Positions 1 to 10,942 of a DNA stretch of 45,690 nt are shown piece by piece. The stretch lies in contig JAWODC010000066.1 of NCBI GenBank assembly GCA_046483495.1, forward strand, positions 1 through 45,690. Direction: 5' to 3'. Source of the stretch: Desulfobacterales bacterium. Its GTDB lineage: Bacteria > Desulfobacterota > Desulfobacteria > Desulfobacterales > UBA5616. The notes below the pieces were generated by a model that made no database searches, had not been told where the DNA came from, and was given only the letters and a program-made list of their open reading frames with translations. The number at the start of each line of letters is the position of its first letter. The stretch's first letter is position 1. A program made the translations under genes and the position numbers.

Positions 1-1
1 G

Positions 2-127
2 CATGCCAAGGCAATGGTGGTGACCGGCTCGAGAAAGGAGGCGGTGCGCTACAAGCTGGGCTTTGAGAAGTATATCAACGAAAAAGGGTATACCGATGTA
101 CATGCCCTCGAAAAATCCGGCTACTGA
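2..127 (+). pseudogene. hsdR: Truncated fragment of a type I restriction enzyme R subunit (helicase region)
   Basis: Frame 2 reads HAKAMVVTGSRKEAVRYKLGFEKYINEKGYTDVHAL-EKSGY*. KAMVVxxSRxxAVRY...KGY is an HsdR-type motif that I recall continuing into VAFSG. Here it stops after 5 unrelated codons. Confidence 0.7.
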
Positions 128-1605
128 TCCTCTCGAGTCCCGATGATATCCACTATCGTTTTTTCCAGGATCAGTTCGGGATCCATACCCGTTGTCTTCA
201 ACAGGCGGTCGGCCTTGTAAAGACTCGTTATGGCATGCCGCAAATGGGCCTGTGAAAACCCCTGAGCGTGTTTCACCAGCTGGTAAATCGGGAAGGCATT
301 GCCCGGCTTCTTGAACAGCAGGACATCCGATGATGCAATGGTTTTCTTCTTTTTTGCGGATTTGGCTTTTCGTTTGTCTTTGTCATTGTCGGGGGGAGTG
401 CTGGTGATCATATCGTCCCACTGGTAAAGAACGGTTTCCAGTTCTTCATCCAAGTTTGCCATTTTCGGGAGCGTCTTGGATTTAAATTCATTGAATGTCA
501 TATTCGGCCGGCATACATCAGGGCTTAAGCGGTTGCATGCCGCCCGGCCAATGACCAGTTTTCGGACTTGATTTGTCATGGCGCCAAGCACCTGCAGGGG
601 ATGAAAGCCCGAGGAAAGCAGTGAATGCAGAAAGAAAACGGCTCTTTCCGGATTTCTTGCAGCCAGCGCATTGGTCAATTCAAATATCGGATCGGTTTTC
701 GTCCGGCTAAGTACGGTTTCGACATCCTCCGGTTGAATGATATCACGTGAACCGACAAAATCGATGAGCTTGTCCAGATTGGACATAAACGTCGGCAGAT
801 CGAACCCCGTTTTTTCGTACAAAGCGGCAAAGGCACGGGCTTCCATACGCTTTCCCGTCTTCTTCAAAACCGTTCGAACGGTATCCTTGAGAACGGCGTT
901 CTGCTCCTCCTTTTCAGCCTTTCGGGATCCTTTTGAAACAAAGCAGTTGACAACCAAACCGACATCGTTGATTTTCTTGTATAACGGCCGCCTTTTGTCG
1001 ATACCCTCCGTTGTCAGGACCAACCGGTTCCCTTCCGGAAATCCCCTCTCGATGGCCCGGGTCAATTTTTCGGCATGGGTTGCGGCTGAAGACGGTGACA
1101 ACCCCTGTTCGCGGCAGTAGGCAACGAGTTTTTCCACCCAATCCTCATCTTCATCGTCAAGACGCCCGGCGCCGAAGGCGGTGAGCATATCCTTTCCCTC
1201 GAGGTCCTCCAGGTCCAGGTCCAACATGCCCAGACAAGCCCTGAAGTAGCCGGCGGCTTTTTTGATCTCCCCGTCCGCGAGGGCTTTTTTGGACTTCTGC
1301 AGCATCTGATCGACATCCTGCCGTGACATAAAGGCACGCACGTCGCGAAGAACCACGATTTTTTGGTTCGCCAGGAGCGAATACGTTCCGATCTGTTCTA
1401 TCGCCTGAATGACAGCGTCATTCTCCCCGTCCAGCACCTCGAGATGGGTGTTCCGTTCCGCCTCAGGCACTAAACGACCGATCACATCTTCCAGCGCGGC
1501 ATTGTAAAGATAGGGTTCACCGAAAAATAAAAACACCTGGGGAAGGTGTTCCGTATCTGTCTTTCTCCAATACGCATCCAGTGCTTGATAATGGATTTCA
1601 GGCAT
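121..1605 (-). CDS. holA: DNA polymerase III subunit delta (long form)
   Basis: FLFFGEPYL N-terminal motif, IDKR, IFELTNAL and C-terminal LYKADRLLKT are typical of HolA. Confidence 0.88.
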   Translation of the reverse strand: MPEIHYQALDAYWRKTDTEHLPQVFLFFGEPYLYNAALEDVIGRLVPEAERNTHLEVLDGENDAVIQAIEQIGTYSLLANQKIVVLRDVRAFMSRQDVDQMLQKSKKALADGEIKKAAGYFRACLGMLDLDLEDLEGKDMLTAFGAGRLDDEDEDWVEKLVAYCREQGLSPSSAATHAEKLTRAIERGFPEGNRLVLTTEGIDKRRPLYKKINDVGLVVNCFVSKGSRKAEKEEQNAVLKDTVRTVLKKTGKRMEARAFAALYEKTGFDLPTFMSNLDKLIDFVGSRDIIQPEDVETVLSRTKTDPIFELTNALAARNPERAVFFLHSLLSSGFHPLQVLGAMTNQVRKLVIGRAACNRLSPDVCRPNMTFNEFKSKTLPKMANLDEELETVLYQWDDMITSTPPDNDKDKRKAKSAKKKKTIASSDVLLFKKPGNAFPIYQLVKHAQGFSQAHLRHAITSLYKADRLLKTTGMDPELILEKTIVDIIGTREDQ

Positions 1606-2359
1606 TTTTTCGATTGAGGATCACCAGCATTGCAGTACCTGAAGCGGCCATGGCAATACCGATCACCTGGGATATGGAAATCATCTGAAAGAAAAAGTGC
1701 CCTCGAAAATCATTGCGAAAAATTTCAAGAGCAGCTCGAACACCGCCGTAAATCATCACGTACATCCAGAATAATTGTCCGTTGAACCGGGTTCTTTTTC
1801 GAAATGTCCAGAGGGTTGCAAAAATCAGGGCATTCCCCAGTGCATGATACAACTGGGTGGGGTGGAGGGGAATACCGACCGGCGCCAGGGAATTGGGATC
1901 ATGAAAGGTTACGGCCCAAGGCTGATCACAGATTTTTCCGTAGCAGCACCCGGCTGAAAAGCAGCCAAGTCGGCCGAAAAATTGACCCAGGGCGATCGCC
2001 GGTGCAACACTGTCGGCGATTTTCCACATGTCGAGGCTTTGCCGACGGATGTACCATACCGCGGCGATCACGGCGCCGATAAATCCGCCGTAAAAAACCA
2101 GCCCCCCTTCCCACACCTTGAATACATCCAGGGGATTGCCGATAAACGTCTTCGGAGTCATCAATACATAAAAAAGCCGTGAACCGATGATTGCGGCAAT
2201 AATAATGTAAAAAGCCAGATCCATCATGCGATCGGGATCGATGCCCCGCCTTTCGGCCTCTTTTTTCGCCAGCAGAATTCCCGAAACAAATCCCACGGCA
2301 ATGAAAAAACCGTAGGTATAAATCGAGATATTCCCAATTTTCAGCAGAATCGGGTGCAT
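1598..2359 (-). CDS. lgt: Prolipoprotein diacylglyceryl transferase
   Basis: GGLVFYGG, GRLGCF..GCCYG and HPTQLY motifs; hydrophobic; adjacent to lspA. Confidence 0.96.
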   Translation of the reverse strand: MHPILLKIGNISIYTYGFFIAVGFVSGILLAKKEAERRGIDPDRMMDLAFYIIIAAIIGSRLFYVLMTPKTFIGNPLDVFKVWEGGLVFYGGFIGAVIAAVWYIRRQSLDMWKIADSVAPAIALGQFFGRLGCFSAGCCYGKICDQPWAVTFHDPNSLAPVGIPLHPTQLYHALGNALIFATLWTFRKRTRFNGQLFWMYVMIYGGVRAALEIFRNDFRGHFFFQMISISQVIGIAMAASGTAMLVILNRKNA

Positions 2360-2365
2360 CGAAGA

Positions 2366-2890
2366 TCAGTCCTCCGGGCTTTCATGTCTTTCTTCACGTT
2401 CCATCAGATCCGGTTGCCTGAAAACGACCAAAAAAAGGATGACCGCAACGCCCACTGAAATAGCGCTGTCTGCAATATTAAACGACGGCCAGTGCACACC
2501 CCCTACGTGAACATCGATAAAATCGATCACCCGGCCGAATCGGATCCTGTCGACCAAGTTCCCGACAGCCCCTCCCAATATCAAGGCAAATGCCGACATC
2601 ATCATGACGGAAGCTTTTATCGACTTGTGATAGAAATAAAAAATAAGGCAAACCGCCAGTAATGAAGCTCCCATCAACAGGAATTGCTTTAAACTCGAGG
2701 GCTGCTGTGAAAAGATCCCGAACGCCACGCCTGGATTCTGAATATGGGTGATGTTCAAAAAACCCGGGATTATCTCGATCGTTCGGTTCAGGGCAACAAC
2801 GTTCAGCACCATGATCTTTGTCACCTGGTCGAAAAAAACAACCAGAGCAGCGATCACAATAAGCGGCTTGTATGTGGTGTGAAAGGTCAT
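2366..2890 (-). CDS. lspA: Signal peptidase II
   Basis: DQVTK, NPGVAFG, GNLVDR, VIDFI and FNIAD motifs; follows ileS. Confidence 0.96.
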   Translation of the reverse strand: MTFHTTYKPLIVIAALVVFFDQVTKIMVLNVVALNRTIEIIPGFLNITHIQNPGVAFGIFSQQPSSLKQFLLMGASLLAVCLIFYFYHKSIKASVMMMSAFALILGGAVGNLVDRIRFGRVIDFIDVHVGGVHWPSFNIADSAISVGVAVILFLVVFRQPDLMEREERHESPED

Positions 2891-2968
2891 ATTTCGAGCT
2901 TTTGGGTTATCGTCGGTCCGTTCGTTTTTTTCCGGGCCCCGGCAATCGTCCGGCCTTCTGTCCGGACA

Positions 2969-5776
2969 TCAGGCATTGATGCCGATCGCTTCCAGGACCC
3001 CGCTGCATCTGGCACAGATGCCGGGCCGATTCGGGTCATTGCCGACGGAAACATCATAGATCCAGCATCTTTGGCATTTTGAACCTTCTGCCTTTTCCAC
3101 ACGGATCGATAAATCATCCATCCCGGTTTCGGAAAATGCGGAGGTTTTTTGGTCCGCCCGAACGATATCGGCCTTGGACACGATAAGAATGGTGCTCAAT
3201 TCTTTGGCATATGGGGACAGCAGCCCGTATAAACGGTCTCCGGCACACAGGGTAACCGCGGCATCGAGAGAATGCCCGATTCGTTTTTTGTTCCGTGCTT
3301 CTTCGAGAGCCTTTGTCACTTCTCCCCTTACGGCCAAAAGCCGGTTCCACGTGGTTTCTAAATCTTTATCCAGCCACTGTTCATCCACTTCCGGCATGAG
3401 GCTCATATGAATGCTTTCGAGCTTTTCGGGTTCGGCCGGCATGTGCTTCCAGATCTCTTCCGCCGTGAAGGAAAGAATGGGAGCCATGATTTTTGAAAGC
3501 GCGGAAAGAAGAAGGTACAATGCCGTCTGAGCGCTCCGCCTTTCGATGGAAGCGGGTGGAGCGGTATACAGGCGATCTTTTAGAACATCCAGATAAAATG
3601 CAGACAGATCCAGCGTACAAAAATTGTGGAGCGTATGATAAATCGTGTGAAACTCAAACCGTTCATATGATTTCAGGGTTTTCCTGATAATATCCTGAAG
3701 CCTGCAGAGCGCATACCGGTCGATTTCTTTCATGGATTCGCGCGGCACGCAGTCCGATGCCGGATTAAAATCAAACAGGTTGCCGAGCATGAACCGGGCG
3801 GTGTTTCGAATACGGCGGTAAGCATCCGAAAGTTGCTTTAAAATACTTTCTGAAATGCGAATGTCATCCCGGTAATCGGATGCGGAAACCCACAACCGCA
3901 AAATTTCCGCACCATGCCGCTTGATCACCTCACTCGGGGCGATCACGTTTCCGATGGATTTAGACATTTTTCTACCCTGGGCGTCAACGGTGAATCCATG
4001 GGTCAAGACGGAATGGTACGGGGCGCGCCCCCTTGTGCCGACGGCGGTCAAAAGGGAGCTGTGAAACCAGCCTCGATGCTGGTCGCTCCCCTCCAGGTAC
4101 AAATCCGCCGGCCACTTCAGGTAATCCCGCTGTTCGAGCACCGCTGCATGGCTGACGCCGGAATCAAACCAGACGTCCAGGATATCGTTTTCCTTTGTAA
4201 ACGCCGTCTTTCCGCAGTTTGGACAGACCACCCCCTTGGGAAGCAAATCTTCCACCTGGCGCTCGAACCATACATCAGCTCCGTGCTGTTCAAATAATCC
4301 GCACACATGATCGACGATTTTTTCATCGATGACTACGGCATCACAGGCGGAGCAGGTAAACAGTGCTATGGGGACGCCCCAGGCGCGCTGTCTGGATACG
4401 CACCAATCGGGGCGGTTTTCAATCATGCCGTAAATCCGATCCCGGCCCCAATAGGGGATCCATGCAACTCGATCGATTTCGTCAAGCGTTTTTTGCCGCA
4501 GTCCGGTGCGGTCCATGGATATGAACCACTGGGGAGTCGCCCGGAAAATTACCGGATTTTTGCACCGCCAGCAGTGCGGATAAGCGTGTACAAACGGTTC
4601 TTCAGCAAGGAGGGCGCCGTTCTCCTTAAGTTTCTCGATAATCTCGGGATCGGCCGCAAAAACGAACGTGTTTTGAAACAATTCAACCTCCTGCGTAAAG
4701 CGGCCTTCATCATCCACCGGAGAAAACACGTCGAGGTCGTATTTCAAGCCGACTTCATGGTCCTCGCGTCCATGTCCGGGGGCGGTATGCACGCATCCGG
4801 TTCCGGCATCCAGAGTCACATGGCTTCCCAGCATGATCAGGGAGGTGCGGTCATAAAGTGGGTGAATGCAACGCATACCTTCCAAATCAGCGGGATTGAC
4901 CGCAGCCAACCGCCGGTAATTTTCAATGCCGAATTGCGTCATGCAGGATTCCACGAGGGCTTCGGCCAGAATGTAAACCTCGTCGCGTTCCGTCCGGACC
5001 GCCGTATACGGAAACTCCGGATGAAGACAGATGCCGAGATTTGCGGGAATGGTCCACGGCGTGGTGGTCCAGATTACCACATACACCGGCGTGTCTTTTA
5101 AAGCGGGGATTTTTTCGCCGATATCGTCTTTGAGCGGAAATTTAACAAATATTGACGGCGATTTTTTATCATAATATTCGATTTCCGCTTCAGCCAGTGC
5201 CGTTTTGCAGCTGCAGCACCAGTAAATCGGTTTTTTGCTTTTGAACAATGCGCCGTTTATTGCAAATTTCGCACATTCACGAGCGATAACGGATTCGTAG
5301 GCATAATTCATGGTGAGATATGGATTTTCCCATTCCCCCATAACGCCCAATCGTTTGAATTCCTCCCTCTGAATATCGATAAATTTCTCTGCGTAGCCCC
5401 GGCATCGCTTTCGAAATTCGACAAGCGAAAGCGCTTGTTTTTTGGAACCCAACTCCATGTCCACGTTGTGCTCGATGGGCAAACCGTGGCAGTCCCATCC
5501 CGGGACATATACCGCATTGTAGCCGGCCATTTGCCGTGATCGCACGATGATGTCTTTTAAAATTTTGTTCAACGCCGTGCCGATATGGATATGGCCGTTG
5601 GCATACGGAGGACCGTCATGCAAAATGAACAATTCTCGATTTGAGGACGAGCTCCGAATGCGATCATACAAGCCGATTTCCTCCCAGAGCCTGAGCTGTT
5701 CAGGCTCGCGCTCGGCCAAACCCGCCTTCATCGGAAATTTGGTTTGCGGAAGATTTAATGTTTTCTTGAAATCCAT
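2969..5776 (-). CDS. ileS: Isoleucine--tRNA ligase
   Basis: [23 protein letters not shown] and a C-terminal zinc finger (CQRC...CARC). Start placed at the ATG at 5776, downstream of a GGAGG SD. Confidence 0.98.
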   Translation of the reverse strand: MDFKKTLNLPQTKFPMKAGLAEREPEQLRLWEEIGLYDRIRSSSSNRELFILHDGPPYANGHIHIGTALNKILKDIIVRSRQMAGYNAVYVPGWDCHGLPIEHNVDMELGSKKQALSLVEFRKRCRGYAEKFIDIQREEFKRLGVMGEWENPYLTMNYAYESVIARECAKFAINGALFKSKKPIYWCCSCKTALAEAEIEYYDKKSPSIFVKFPLKDDIGEKIPALKDTPVYVVIWTTTPWTIPANLGICLHPEFPYTAVRTERDEVYILAEALVESCMTQFGIENYRRLAAVNPADLEGMRCIHPLYDRTSLIMLGSHVTLDAGTGCVHTAPGHGREDHEVGLKYDLDVFSPVDDEGRFTQEVELFQNTFVFAADPEIIEKLKENGALLAEEPFVHAYPHCWRCKNPVIFRATPQWFISMDRTGLRQKTLDEIDRVAWIPYWGRDRIYGMIENRPDWCVSRQRAWGVPIALFTCSACDAVVIDEKIVDHVCGLFEQHGADVWFERQVEDLLPKGVVCPNCGKTAFTKENDILDVWFDSGVSHAAVLEQRDYLKWPADLYLEGSDQHRGWFHSSLLTAVGTRGRAPYHSVLTHGFTVDAQGRKMSKSIGNVIAPSEVIKRHGAEILRLWVSASDYRDDIRISESILKQLSDAYRRIRNTARFMLGNLFDFNPASDCVPRESMKEIDRYALCRLQDIIRKTLKSYERFEFHTIYHTLHNFCTLDLSAFYLDVLKDRLYTAPPASIERRSAQTALYLLLSALSKIMAPILSFTAEEIWKHMPAEPEKLESIHMSLMPEVDEQWLDKDLETTWNRLLAVRGEVTKALEEARNKKRIGHSLDAAVTLCAGDRLYGLLSPYAKELSTILIVSKADIVRADQKTSAFSETGMDDLSIRVEKAEGSKCQRCWIYDVSVGNDPNRPGICARCSGVLEAIGINA

Positions 5777-5816
5777 GGGTCCCTCCATATTGGCTGATAC
5801 CGATCATAAACCACAA

Positions 5817-5845
5817 TCATTACTTCGAAAACCCACGTGTGTCAA
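5817..5845 (-). promoter_or_regulatory. Putative sigma70 promoter of the ileS operon
   Basis: TTGACA-17 nt-TAATGA on the minus strand; the -10 box is imperfect. Confidence 0.4.
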
Positions 5846-5864
5846 GCCAATAGATCGTGCCCAT

Positions 5865-6007
5865 TGTGTCCATCGGGAACGGATAAACCACTCCATTTTT
5901 AGCATTTGCCGGAATATGAATCCTCAAAACACCTGAAAATATGTATGCGGTTCTTATCTTCCGGCCGCCTCTGGCTGGATCGCATTTTCTCATTTTTGGA
6001 TGGGCGC
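5865..6007 (-). repeat. Dispersed palindromic element, copy 1 (overlaps rmlD 3' end)
   Basis: Minus strand reads GCGCCCATCCAAAAATGAGAAAAT...GAACCGCA-hairpin-TGAGGATTC...CCGTTCCCGATGGACAC, colinear with the copy at 17700. Confidence 0.8.
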
Positions 6008-6901
6008 CGAAAAACGTTCCGGGTGGGAAAGTATCGTCCGAACTACGGGCAACAGGCTTTCTTTCCAATGCTTGATCCGTATTCCGAAGGCATTCAAAAT
6101 TTTATCACAATTTAATACGGAATACCGCGGCCTTTTCGCTCGGGCAGGGTATTGATCCGTCGTAACGGGATGTACCGCAACTTCGGGAAAATCGGAAAAT
6201 TCCGATGCCGCACCAATGATCGCTTTGGCGAACGCATACCAGGATACCGCCCCTTTGCCGCAATAATGGTATGTTCCCCAGATGTCGGTTCGCCCCTTAC
6301 GGATCTTTTCCGCCATTCGAATGAGCACGGCGGCAAAATCATGGGATGAGGTGGGGCAGCCGATCTGGTCGTTCACAATATCCAGATGCTTTTTTTCACA
6401 TCCAAGCCGAAGAACGGTCTTGACGAAATTATTGCCGTAACAGCCATAAAGCCAGGAGGTCCTGACAATGATATGTTCCGCCAAACGGCTGCGAACCGCC
6501 GCTTCTCCCGCAGCCTTGCTTTTGCCGTATACTCCCAATGGATTCACCGAATCGGATTCGGTGTAAGGCGATGATTTGCATCCGTCAAACACGAAGTCGG
6601 TAGAAATATGGATGAGGGGCACACCGTAATTCCGGCAGGCGCGTGCCAGTATATCGGGTCCCGTTTGATTGACAGCGAACGCCGTTTCCGCATCATCCTC
6701 GGCCCGGTCCACCTGCGTATATGCGGCGGCGTTGATCACGAGCGCCGGTTTCTGCCGGAAAAAGATGCGTTCAACGTCTTCGAAAACGGTGATGTCCGCC
6801 TCGGTGCGGGGCACTACCGCAATCGAATAATGCCGGATATCGTCCGCGGCTTCGAGGGCGCGGCCGAGCTGACCGCCGCCTCCAAAAAGAATGATCGTCA
6901 T
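5990..6901 (-). CDS. rfbD: dTDP-4-dehydrorhamnose reductase
   Basis: GGGGQLG, NAAAYTQVD, ISTDFVFDG and YGKSK motifs. Confidence 0.96.
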   Translation of the reverse strand: MTIILFGGGGQLGRALEAADDIRHYSIAVVPRTEADITVFEDVERIFFRQKPALVINAAAYTQVDRAEDDAETAFAVNQTGPDILARACRNYGVPLIHISTDFVFDGCKSSPYTESDSVNPLGVYGKSKAAGEAAVRSRLAEHIIVRTSWLYGCYGNNFVKTVLRLGCEKKHLDIVNDQIGCPTSSHDFAAVLIRMAEKIRKGRTDIWGTYHYCGKGAVSWYAFAKAIIGAASEFSDFPEVAVHPVTTDQYPARAKRPRYSVLNCDKILNAFGIRIKHWKESLLPVVRTILSHPERFSAPIQK

Positions 6902-6904
6902 TGT

Positions 6905-7441
6905 CTACAACCGGGTTATTTCCGAAAGCAAGGGCAGCCGACTGTCTTTTTCGGACAGAATGGGGTTTTTTATCGGCCATGCGATATTCAATTCCGGATC
7001 GGACCAGCGAATGCCGGCATCATCTTCCGGATGATAATTTTCCGAACTTTTGTAAGAGACAAGGGCCGTGTCACTCAACACACAGAAACCATGGGCAAAT
7101 CCCGCGGGAATAAAAAGCTGTTTTCGATTTTCACCGGATAGATAAACCCCTGCCCAATTTCCGAAGGTGGCTGAATCGGCCCGCATATCCACAGCCACAT
7201 CGAAAATGTCACCCATGATCGTCTGAACCAGTTTGGACTGTGGATAGCGCACCTGAAAATGCAATCCCCTCAGGGTGTATTTTACCGATCCGGACAGGTT
7301 GTCCTGGACGAAGTGTTCGTTTATTCCGATGCCCGCATACCGTTCCTGCCGATACGTCTCGAGAAAAAACCCCCGCTTGTCGGTATACACATCCGGCTCG
7401 ATAACCAAAACATCTGGAAGCGCTGTTTTTACGATTTTCAT
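6905..7441 (-). CDS. rfbC: dTDP-4-dehydrorhamnose 3,5-epimerase
   Basis: DKRGFFLE, LRGLHFQ and GFAHGF motifs; alternative start at 7447. Confidence 0.96.
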   Translation of the reverse strand: MKIVKTALPDVLVIEPDVYTDKRGFFLETYRQERYAGIGINEHFVQDNLSGSVKYTLRGLHFQVRYPQSKLVQTIMGDIFDVAVDMRADSATFGNWAGVYLSGENRKQLFIPAGFAHGFCVLSDTALVSYKSSENYHPEDDAGIRWSDPELNIAWPIKNPILSEKDSRLPLLSEITRL

Positions 7442-7465
7442 ATCCACCCCTGCCGAGCCGCTCCG

Positions 7466-8533
7466 TTATGAATCCCGAAAATTGAATGGATAATGTGCTT
7501 CGATCCAGTCCCGGTATTCGCCGCTCACTACCCGGCTCACCCATTCCGGATGTTCGAGGTACCATTGAATGGTTTTTCGAATTCCGGATTGAAACGTTTC
7601 CTCAGGTTGCCAACCCAATTCCGATTGAATCCCGCCGGGGTCGATCGCGTATCTGAAATCATGGCCGGGACGGTCCGAAACATAACGGATGAGTTGCCGC
7701 CGGGGGCCGATATCCAGAGGTGCAGCAACTTCATCCAGCATGTCACAGATGGTGTTGACCACATCGATATTTTTCCTCTCGTTTTTTCCCCCGATCAGGT
7801 AGGTCAGGCCGGGCCGGCCATGCTGCATAACCTTTAACACCGCCTTGCAGTGATCCTTTACATACAGCCAGTCGCGCACATTGACCCCATCGCCGTAAAC
7901 CGGGATCGGATTTCCGGCCAGTGCATTCAATATGGTCAAGGGGATCAATTTTTCGGGAAACTGAAAAGGGCCGTAATTGTTCGAGCAGTTGGATATCGTC
8001 ACCGGCAGGCCGTATGTCCTTCCGTAGGCCGTGACCAAGTGGTCCGATCCGGCTTTCGATGCGGAATACGGGCTGCTGGGGTCGTAGGGCGTGTCTTCCG
8101 AAAAGAATCCGCTTTCCCCTAAAGACCCAAACACTTCATCCGTGCTGACGTGGTGAAACCGCTCAATTCGGTTCATATGCAAACGGCACGCTTCCAGCAG
8201 TTGAAACGTGCCGATGACATTGGTCTGGATGAAATCCGCCGGACCGAGTATCGATCGATCCACGTGGGATTCCGCTGCAAAATGGCAGACGGTGTCGATC
8301 TCGAAGCGATGGAACATATCTTTGAGCAGATCCGTGTCGCAGATATCACCCTTCACAAAGGCGTACCGTCGCTCGAAGGTGTTTTGAATGTCGGACAAGT
8401 TGTGCGCATTCCCGGCATACGTCATTTTGTCGAGGTTGATCAGCCGGCCGTCGAACCCCTCATCGAGCAGGAGATACCGGATGAAGTTGGAACCGATAAA
8501 TCCGCAGCCGCCGGTCACCAGGATATTTTTCAT
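7466..8533 (-). CDS. rfbB: dTDP-glucose 4,6-dehydratase
   Basis: [29 protein letters not shown] and DRPGHD motifs. Confidence 0.97.
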   Translation of the reverse strand: MKNILVTGGCGFIGSNFIRYLLLDEGFDGRLINLDKMTYAGNAHNLSDIQNTFERRYAFVKGDICDTDLLKDMFHRFEIDTVCHFAAESHVDRSILGPADFIQTNVIGTFQLLEACRLHMNRIERFHHVSTDEVFGSLGESGFFSEDTPYDPSSPYSASKAGSDHLVTAYGRTYGLPVTISNCSNNYGPFQFPEKLIPLTILNALAGNPIPVYGDGVNVRDWLYVKDHCKAVLKVMQHGRPGLTYLIGGKNERKNIDVVNTICDMLDEVAAPLDIGPRRQLIRYVSDRPGHDFRYAIDPGGIQSELGWQPEETFQSGIRKTIQWYLEHPEWVSRVVSGEYRDWIEAHYPFNFRDS

Positions 8534-9414
8534 AACATCCTCACATCGGTCTCACTCAGCAGCCTCAGCATATAGTCCCCGTAATCATTCTGCTTCATAT
8601 CACGGGCAAGCTGCGCCAGCTTATTCCGGCCGATATAGCCCAGTCTGTAAGCGATTTCTTCGACACAGGCGATTTTGATGCCCTGGCGTTCCTGGATGGC
8701 CTGAACATAACTGGTCGCCTGGTGAAGCGATTCATGGGTCCCCGTATCCAGCCAGGCGAATCCCGGGCCCAACAACTCCACCCGCAGTTTGCCCTTCGTA
8801 AGGTAGGCCATGTTCACATCCGTGATCTCCAGTTCGCCCCTTTTGGAGGGTTCGATATGGCGGGCGATGTCAACCACCTCGGCATCGTACATGTACAGGC
8901 CGGGCACCGCATAGTTGGATTTTGGATGTTGAGGTTTTTCTTCGATTCCCACAACGCATCCCTCCGGATCGAACTCGACCACACCGTAACGACCGGGGTC
9001 CCGTACACGGTACCCGAAAATGAGTCCTCCCGTTTTCAACTCCGCCGCATGTTTGAGGGTCTTTGAAATATTGTCCCCGTAGAACAGGTTGTCTCCGAGA
9101 ATGAGGCAGACCGGTTCGTTTCCGATAAAATCCTTCCCGATGATAAATGCCTGGGCCAGCCCCTCCGGGCTGGGCTGCTCTGCATACGAGAAATGCAGGC
9201 CGAGGTGTGACCCGTCCCGGAACAGTGCCTTGAAATTCGGCAGGTCACCAGGGGTCGATATGATCAATATCTCTCGAATGCCGGCCAGCATGAGTACGGA
9301 CAACGGATAATATACCATCGGCTTGTCGTATACCGGCAACAGCTGTTTGCTCACCACCCGCGTGATCGGGTATAAGCGGGACCCGGATCCTCCTGCCAGA
9401 ATAATGCCTTTCAT
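8530..9414 (-). CDS. rfbA: Glucose-1-phosphate thymidylyltransferase
   Basis: [34 protein letters not shown] and WLDTGT motifs. Confidence 0.98.
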   Translation of the reverse strand: MKGIILAGGSGSRLYPITRVVSKQLLPVYDKPMVYYPLSVLMLAGIREILIISTPGDLPNFKALFRDGSHLGLHFSYAEQPSPEGLAQAFIIGKDFIGNEPVCLILGDNLFYGDNISKTLKHAAELKTGGLIFGYRVRDPGRYGVVEFDPEGCVVGIEEKPQHPKSNYAVPGLYMYDAEVVDIARHIEPSKRGELEITDVNMAYLTKGKLRVELLGPGFAWLDTGTHESLHQATSYVQAIQERQGIKIACVEEIAYRLGYIGRNKLAQLARDMKQNDYGDYMLRLLSETDVRML

Positions 9415-9543
9415 AACCTTAATCGCCCTCCAGGATGTACCCTTCTGTATGGATTTCCAATTGATTTAAGCGGCATTTACTTTACAATACGGATAACATA
9501 TAATTGAAAATGAACAGCAGCATTATACGTTAAAGGAGTAATA

Positions 9544-10215
9544 ATGCAAGTCCTTGATCATCTTCACGCTTTTGTATGGCAATCTCTGACGGCAAACAAC
9601 TGCAATACATACTTTATTGAAGGCCCGACACCGATTCTCATCGATCCGGGACATGCCGATGCATTCGGGCATGTGGAAAAAGGGCTCTCGTCACTGGGAT
9701 TTTCGATTGACGATATCGAACTGATTATGTGCACTCACGGGCATCCGGACCATTTCGAATCCATTATTCACTTCAAAGGGAAGCAATCCCTGATCGCCAT
9801 GAATCGATACGATTGGGATATGATAGGGGCCGTCATTCGAAAAATGCCCTCTTTTTCCGGCACAGACCCGGACGATTTGGCTCCGGATTTTTTCCTTGAA
9901 GAAGGCGATCTATCCGTAAACGGGTATACATTTACAATCATTCATGTGCCGGGGCATTCTCCCGGCTCCGTGGCTGTATACTGGCCGGAAAACCATGTAC
10001 TGTTTACCGGGGACGTGATTTTCAAGGGGGGCCTGGGTCGAACCGACCTGCCCGGTGGCAACGGCAGGCAATTGAAACAGAGCATCCTTCGATTGAAGGA
10101 GCTCGATGTGGACTATCTGATGCCCGGGCACGGCGAAATGATACTGGATTCGAATTCCGTGAAACAGAACTTCGACGTTCTTGAACGATACGGGTTCGCA
10201 CACTTGAATGGATGA
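9544..10215 (+). CDS. MBL-fold metallo-hydrolase (glyoxalase II-like)
   Basis: THGHPDH, PGHSPG, FTGD and PGHG motifs; AAGGAG SD. Confidence 0.9.
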   Translation: MQVLDHLHAFVWQSLTANNCNTYFIEGPTPILIDPGHADAFGHVEKGLSSLGFSIDDIELIMCTHGHPDHFESIIHFKGKQSLIAMNRYDWDMIGAVIRKMPSFSGTDPDDLAPDFFLEEGDLSVNGYTFTIIHVPGHSPGSVAVYWPENHVLFTGDVIFKGGLGRTDLPGGNGRQLKQSILRLKELDVDYLMPGHGEMILDSNSVKQNFDVLERYGFAHLNG

Positions 10216-10259
10216 CGCGGTCCCCTGCCCGGCTGAGAACATGGCGACCGTATTCAGCC

Positions 10260-10787
10260 TTACCCACAACGGCTTTCCTTAACGCGTTCGAGTTTATTGG
10301 TGTATTTTTCATGTATGTCCGCGAGCCGTGATCGATAATCCGGGTCTTTTTCCGGATTGGGAATGACCGCATTACCGGCAATACCGTGCTGTCGAAAAAG
10401 ACTTTTTTTTGCCGATTCGCCTGTTAAGACGGCAAGCTCCCGGCAGGCGGCGGTGTAATCGGCATAAACCTTCTCGATCGGTTCGATATCCAATTCGTAT
10501 GCTTTCAGCAAATGCAATACATCGGGATCATAGGTATCGATGCCGATCTCTGAAAGCAGCGCATTCCATATGACTTGATCGCCGTCAACACGGTGCTCTT
10601 TCTTCAGTTCAGCCGCTTCACTTTTGAATTTTGTCACATCGAACCGGCCTTCACGATATTTCTGAACCAGGCCGGAGACCCGTTTTTTGAATCGGTCGAG
10701 CTGCTGTGCCTTCCGTTCATCGTCACTCAACGTCAGATGACGCGTCCGTTCCATTACAAGATCAAGCGTGCTCTTGATTTCTCCCAT
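10260..10787 (-). CDS. Conserved hypothetical helical protein
   Basis: 175 aa charged ORF with a GAGG SD; the MGEIKSTLDLVME N-terminus resembles conserved deltaproteobacterial hypotheticals (from memory). Confidence 0.75.
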   Translation of the reverse strand: MGEIKSTLDLVMERTRHLTLSDDERKAQQLDRFKKRVSGLVQKYREGRFDVTKFKSEAAELKKEHRVDGDQVIWNALLSEIGIDTYDPDVLHLLKAYELDIEPIEKVYADYTAACRELAVLTGESAKKSLFRQHGIAGNAVIPNPEKDPDYRSRLADIHEKYTNKLERVKESRCG

Positions 10788-10806
10788 CGATATTACCTCG
10801 AACCGG

Positions 10807-10942
10807 CTTCAAAACCTTCCATCAGATCCAAGATCAAGGCGGGAGGAAGGATTCAAGCGCAGGAATACATAACGTATTTTGAGCATTGAATATTTCATCC
10901 CAACGCCGATATCGGCAAACCGGATTGATGATTCGGTTTGAA
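10807..10942 (+). repeat. Dispersed palindromic element, copy 2 (divergent ends)
   Basis: Core CAAGGCG...ATTCAAGCGCAGGAATACAT-A-ACGTATTTTGAGCATTGAAT...CAACGCCGA, with imperfect terminal inverted repeat TTCAAAACC..CATCAGATCC / GGATTGATG..GGTTTGAA. Confidence 0.75.

Noticed and set aside
2887..3117. 76-aa ORF bridging ileS and lspA
   Set aside because: It overlaps the ileS zinc finger out of frame and has no motif.
5777..5990. Possible T-box riboswitch upstream of ileS
   Set aside because: No TGGNACC T-box sequence; the structure is explained by the repeat element.
5820..6068. Short ORFs spanning repeat copies (also 15441, 17618, 17769, 26966)
   Set aside because: They are translations of the palindromic elements, with no independent coding support.
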